Assembly: GCF_963853765.1 (NCBI RefSeq)
Contig: NC_088855.1
Span: forward strand, 15,810,001 to 15,874,000
DNA: 64,000 bases
Origin: Magallana gigas
Taxonomy: Eukaryota
Direction of reading: 5' to 3'
Below are positions 59,501 through 64,000 of this stretch, piece by piece. The position numbers were made by a program, and so were the translations under genes. Under the pieces are notes generated by a model. It was given only the letters and a program-made list of their open reading frames with translations. It did no database searches and was not told the origin of the DNA. How positions within the stretch are numbered: position 1 is the stretch's first letter; each line of letters begins with the position of its first letter.

Positions 59501-62500
59501 AATACATCATTAAATATCTAAATATTTCAAGAAACAGTAAAAATACAAGAAAGAATTGCCTGTATTTGACTATTCTTTTAAAGCTCAACTTTACATTAGA
59601 TTTGTAAATAATTGCAAAGTGATAAAACATACCTTTTGCCTTGCTTCCTCTTCTTCATAAAGCTTCTTTTGCCAGCTCTGAATCTCATTTTTGAGAGAGA
59701 GTTCAGCATTTTCTTTCTGATTTCTTGTCTCAAGCACCTGCAACTCTGCTTGTTTCATCTTGTATTCATGATTTTCTTGAAACTTTTCAAACTGTTGTGA
59801 TAAAAAAAAAATCTTTGTAAATTTGAAACCAAATATCACTTTCAGCCAATTTTTCATTAACAAAATAGTGTGGCAACAAAGTCTAAACCAAAATAGAGCT
59901 TACTTTTTCAGAGTATCCTTCAATTTCTTCCTGCAAGCTGTCTCTTTCTGCTTCCACAGCATCAAGCTAGAATAGCGAAAGTTTTAGCTTATCAAATTTA
60001 AAAACTCAGCATTAAAAAATCTAATACTCAATATATTGCAGTATGTTAAAGCTCTGAATGAGTGACATGGGCCACCTTACCTGCTGTTTGTAACTGGTGA
60101 CCTCAGCCAGGGCCGCCTCTCTCTGCTCTTTGTACACCTCTATCTCTTTCTGCAAGTCTCCTTTATTGTGTGTCTGGTTCTCAACATCTTCTGAGAGACA
60201 CTGTACCTTGCTCTGTAGAGACTGAATGTCCTGCTGGAGCTCAGAGATCTTTCTTGCGGAGCTTTCCACTTCACCTTCCTTTTCTTTCAGACTTCTGTTT
60301 AGCTGAGCCACAGCAGTGTTTCTCTCCTTGATGGCACTGTCTTTCTCTACAATCTTTGCTTTGAGTTCACCAGTGATGATCTTAAGCTCCTTGTGGCTGT
60401 TCAGCTCCTCAGTGAGCAAATCTTCCAATTTTTTGTTTTTCTCTCGAACTTCTTCTATTTCTCTCTGTCTCTGGGCAACCCTGCCTTCCAGGTGAGATAC
60501 TCGGTCTTGGAACATGAGTCTCTGATTGCTCAACATGCCCTCCTTCTCTGCCACTATGGATTCATACCGACTGGTCATTTGGTTAAGTTTATCTTGCATC
60601 TCAGTGCTGTAGTTCTCTTTCACTTCCTCTGAGGCCCTTGAATACTCGTTTTCCAACTGCTCAAGCTGTGCCCGCCAGTAAGATTCACTTTCCTCAAGCT
60701 TGCGGTGAGTTTGAGTTTCAAGTTCTTGATAACGTCTGGTTCTAAACTCAACATCCTCCTGCAGTTCCTGCACCGTCTTATCAAACATGGCCTTCATTTC
60801 TTTTTTAGCCTCCCTCTCCACTTTACACTGCATCTCAAGCTCATCAATCGTCCTTTCATTTGTCTGTTGCCTGTCCCTAGCTTCTTTCAGCTCACGGTTA
60901 ATAGCAGTAAAGTCAACTACTAAGCTCTTTAATTTCTCTTCACTGTTCTGCTTCAGTTGTGAGAGCTCTTCTTTCAGGGAGGAAACTTTCTCCTCATGCT
61001 CTTCACACAGTGACTCAATCTGTTCCTTATAACCTTGAGTTGTCTTGTTCTTCTCTTCAACTGTTTTTTCATAATCTGATTTCAGCTGCACTACTTCATC
61101 CCTCTTACATTCTAGTTCCTTGTTAGCTTCAATAAGATTTTCTGATGCCTTCCTGAGTTGACCAGCACTTTCCTCGTTTTGTGATGTCAACTGGTTCACT
61201 GAACATTCTAAAGTTTCAATCATTTCACATAAACTCTGCTTTTCACTCAATATGTTTTCACATTCATCAACTTTCATTTTCAGTGTATTTTCATTTTCAG
61301 TGTTCCTAGCTTTCAAACTTTCCAATTCACACAACTTATCTGAGTATTCTTTCTTCAGATGTTCCAAAGAATGCGTAAGTTTTTCAGAATCAACATTCAA
61401 GTCCATTATCATTTTATCAAGATCACTTTTTTCTGCCAGCAGTCTTTCAGAAATCAGTTTTTCACCTGACAGATCACTTTCCAGCACTAAATTCCTCTCC
61501 TCTAGCCGTTTCGCACACTGCTCTTTGTCTTCCAGTTCACTCTTCAGTGCTTGTATCTCTGAACTGAGTTCCGCCTGCAGACTGTTCACTTGCTCCGAGA
61601 GGACCTCCACCTTTCTCAGGCTCTCATCTCTTTCACTGGTCACTGATAGCACACTCTTTTTCTCCACTTCAAGCTCGTTGTGAAGATTCATTATCTGACT
61701 TTCCAAATCTTGGTTCCTTCCTAACAGGGACTCTGTCTGCTGTTTTTGATCATCCAGACGACATGACAGATCCTGAATCTCTGCTTCCAGCCTGCTGGTC
61801 TTCTCTTTCAGTCTTTCACATTCCGAACCAGATTGTTGGATCTCTGTCTGATTGGCCATTGCTTGGTTAGTGAGAGATTCAACTTCATCCTGCAAAGAAG
61901 CAATTCTTTCCTTCAAGCTCTGGATTTCTTCTTCACGATTCGTCATCACTCTGACCTGCTTGGCATTGTTAGAGGTCAGCTGATCAACTTGCCCTTGGAG
62001 TTCATCTCTCTGTCCACGAACATCTCCCAAAGTGTTTCTCAAACTTGTAACTAAGCCATTCAGCTTGTTCTTCTCAACTTCAAGAGAGTCCACTTCTCGG
62101 TGCAGTTGTCCAACACTTGCCTCTGAATCTTGTAGACGCTTTTCCAACTGATCCCTCTGGGCTTTCACTCTGTTCTGGCTTTTGTTAAGCTCTGACTCTT
62201 TCTCCTTCATTTCTTTCACTGTTTTCTCGAGCTGTTGGATCTGCTGTTGGAGTTGTTCGTTGTCTGCTTGTTTGACCTCTATGACCTTCTTAACTAGCGC
62301 CATCTGGCCACTGTTTTCCTCCAATAGATCTTGCTTGCTCTGTACTTCCTCACGTGCGGCTTGAAGCTCTGCTTCTCTATGCTGTAACTGCTGACGTAAC
62401 CTTGACACTTCTCCATTGATTTTCTGATTCTGCTCAGTTGCCTCCTCATGTTGTTTTAATTGTTCTTGATGGAAATTAACCTCTTGCTGCAGACGACTTT

Positions 62501-64000
62501 CAAGATCATTGCTTGTCTGTTCCAACCTATTCAGTTCCTTTTTCAAAGACTGTTCTTTTTCCATTGACACCAACTGAAGTTCTTCAAGTTCACCTTGTAA
62601 TTTTTGATTCTGTGAACTAATCCTTGAAATTTCATTTTTCAATTTGTCTACGGTGTTTTGCATATCCTGTTCTAAGTTCCCGTAACTAGTCTTTACCTCC
62701 AAAAGCTCATTCTTACAATGTTCATTTTCTGTCTTCACATTGGTCAGGGATTTCTGCAGAGTCTCTATCTCACACTTTTGTCTATCCACCTCCATTGACT
62801 TGTTCTCGGAGGCACACTTTTCAGCACTGCAGTCACTCTCAAGATCACTAACCCTGTTACTGAGTTGCACATTCTTCTCCTTTTCCCTCAGTAATTCTGT
62901 GTTAATGGTCTCCAGTTCCTGACCCTGTTCTTCTAGCTTCATCTTGAGCTCACTCATCTGCTCAGCTGACATCTGGTTATCATGAGCACTCCACTGATAC
63001 TTGTCCTGCCAAGATGACAGCTGACTCTGCAGTTGTTCCACCTGAGACTTGGACTTGCTGTTTATGCTATCAATTTTCTCTTCAAAGTTTACACAATCTG
63101 TCTTCAATCTCTCATTTTCACTCTTAAGCTGATCCAGTTCATGCACAAGGTTGTTTATTTCCTCTGTTTGTTGGTCTACTTGCATTTTACTCTCAGATCT
63201 GATGGATTGTAACTGCTGTTTCAGTTCCTCAATGTTTTGATCTCTCTGGGCGAGTTCTTTCTGTGCAGATTCCTCCTGTTGTTTAGCCTCAGTGGAAACT
63301 GTCATAATCTGAGCATTCAGCTTTTCCTCAGTCTGTGTAATTTCCTCTTTCAGTTGCATCATCTCTTCTTTCAAAGCTTTGATAACGTTGTCCTTTGTCC
63401 ATCGCTCATTCTCTAACACAATTTCGGTCTGCTTTAAGGAGTTTTGGGAGGCGACAATCTTGGTTTTCAGACTCTCTTCAATGTTGTAAGCCTGTTCGGT
63501 TTGGGAATTGAGCTGAGATTGTAGATCCTCTATCTGATTCATCAGTGAAGCCTTTTCTTTACTTAAAGTCTGTTCCAGAGCTGTTCTTTCTGAGAGGACC
63601 GTGTCATAGGAGGCAGTCATTGTCTGTCTTCTGCTCTCATACATTTGCTTTTCACGATCAAACTCCTACAAGAAAAATTAACCTGCCATTTATTATGAGT
63701 GTAATTCTGTATATTATGATGGTAACACAAAACTATTAAAACCACAAGATCAACCAAACCATTGATGGTTCTTTTTTACACAGCATCAAACAGAAAAGAA
63801 AAGAAGGAACTACCTATCTTAGCAGACTGTATTCGGCTTGACTTCCAACAGACAAACAGTAACCCATACCTTTGAATTTCATAGAATTCTGATGTTTCTA
63901 AAAGAATAGTTCCCTTTGAATTTCATAGAATTCTGATGTTTCTAAAAGAATAGTTCAAATAAGAAAGGAGTTAATTACCTCTCTGAGCAGACTGTACTCC
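56560..64000 (-). CDS. NUMA1: NuMA (nuclear mitotic apparatus protein 1)-like gene, 3' part; 5' end lies outside the window
   Basis: Phase-compatible GT-AG exons: >64000-63979, 63665-60081 (3.6-kb coiled-coil exon), 59966-59904, 59791-59633, 59496-59302, 59141-59018, 58914-58774, 58608-58455, 58346-58219, 57861-57599, 57313-57134, 57030-56560. Motifs LKVQLDHASRQLRD and CEDEPEEFEWNRLTELQRRNTLCLPHLKTSYPVE match the NuMA/Mud C-terminal signature (human DEPEQLDDWNRIAELQQRNRVCPPHLKTCYPLE, from recollection). Confidence 0.88.
63869..63956. repeat. 44-bp exact tandem duplication in a NuMA intron
   Basis: cctttgaatttcatagaattctgatgtttctaaaagaatagttc occurs twice. Confidence 0.95.

Noticed and set aside
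60393-62922. Several + strand ORFs (e.g. 61252-61683, 60787-61032)
   Set aside because: Antisense shadows of the Glu/Lys/Gln-rich NuMA coiled-coil exon.

Overview
AT-rich eukaryotic DNA with spliced genes, most likely from an oyster (Ostreidae). The taxon call is an inference from Helentron-type non-autonomous elements (HINEs) carrying a ~167-bp Cg170/CvA-like satellite and from the C1q-domain genes. Host genes: (i) a tandem family of small 5-exon single-pass membrane proteins on + that I cannot assign to a known family: last exon of one copy at 597-892, two complete copies at 13748-24372 and 27957-33387, and a dead last exon at 39031-39331; (ii) two intact secreted C1q-domain genes on - (34994-35852, 41493-43596); (iii) the 3' part of a NuMA orthologue on - (56560 to beyond 64000). 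Mobile elements: an ~11-kb Helitron-like region encoding a tegument-type deubiquitinase, HUH Rep, PIF1 helicase and APE-type endonuclease (two frameshifts); a full-length DIRS retrotransposon with intact ORFs in intron 3 of one membrane-protein gene; two HINEs; IS3EU-like, mariner-like and MULE-like non-autonomous elements; a SINE; microsatellites. Main observations: the DIRS gag/pol junction has a complete HIV-1-like -1 ribosomal frameshift signal (U UUU UUA, 9-nt spacer, 7-bp GC hairpin, pol frame opening exactly at the slip site); the membrane-protein family has variable cytoplasmic repeats and a PDZ-type C-terminus; and a Helentron-clade enzyme lies antisense between canonical TC / hairpin-C(A)AG Helitron termini. 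All homology calls come from motif recognition by eye; no searches were run.
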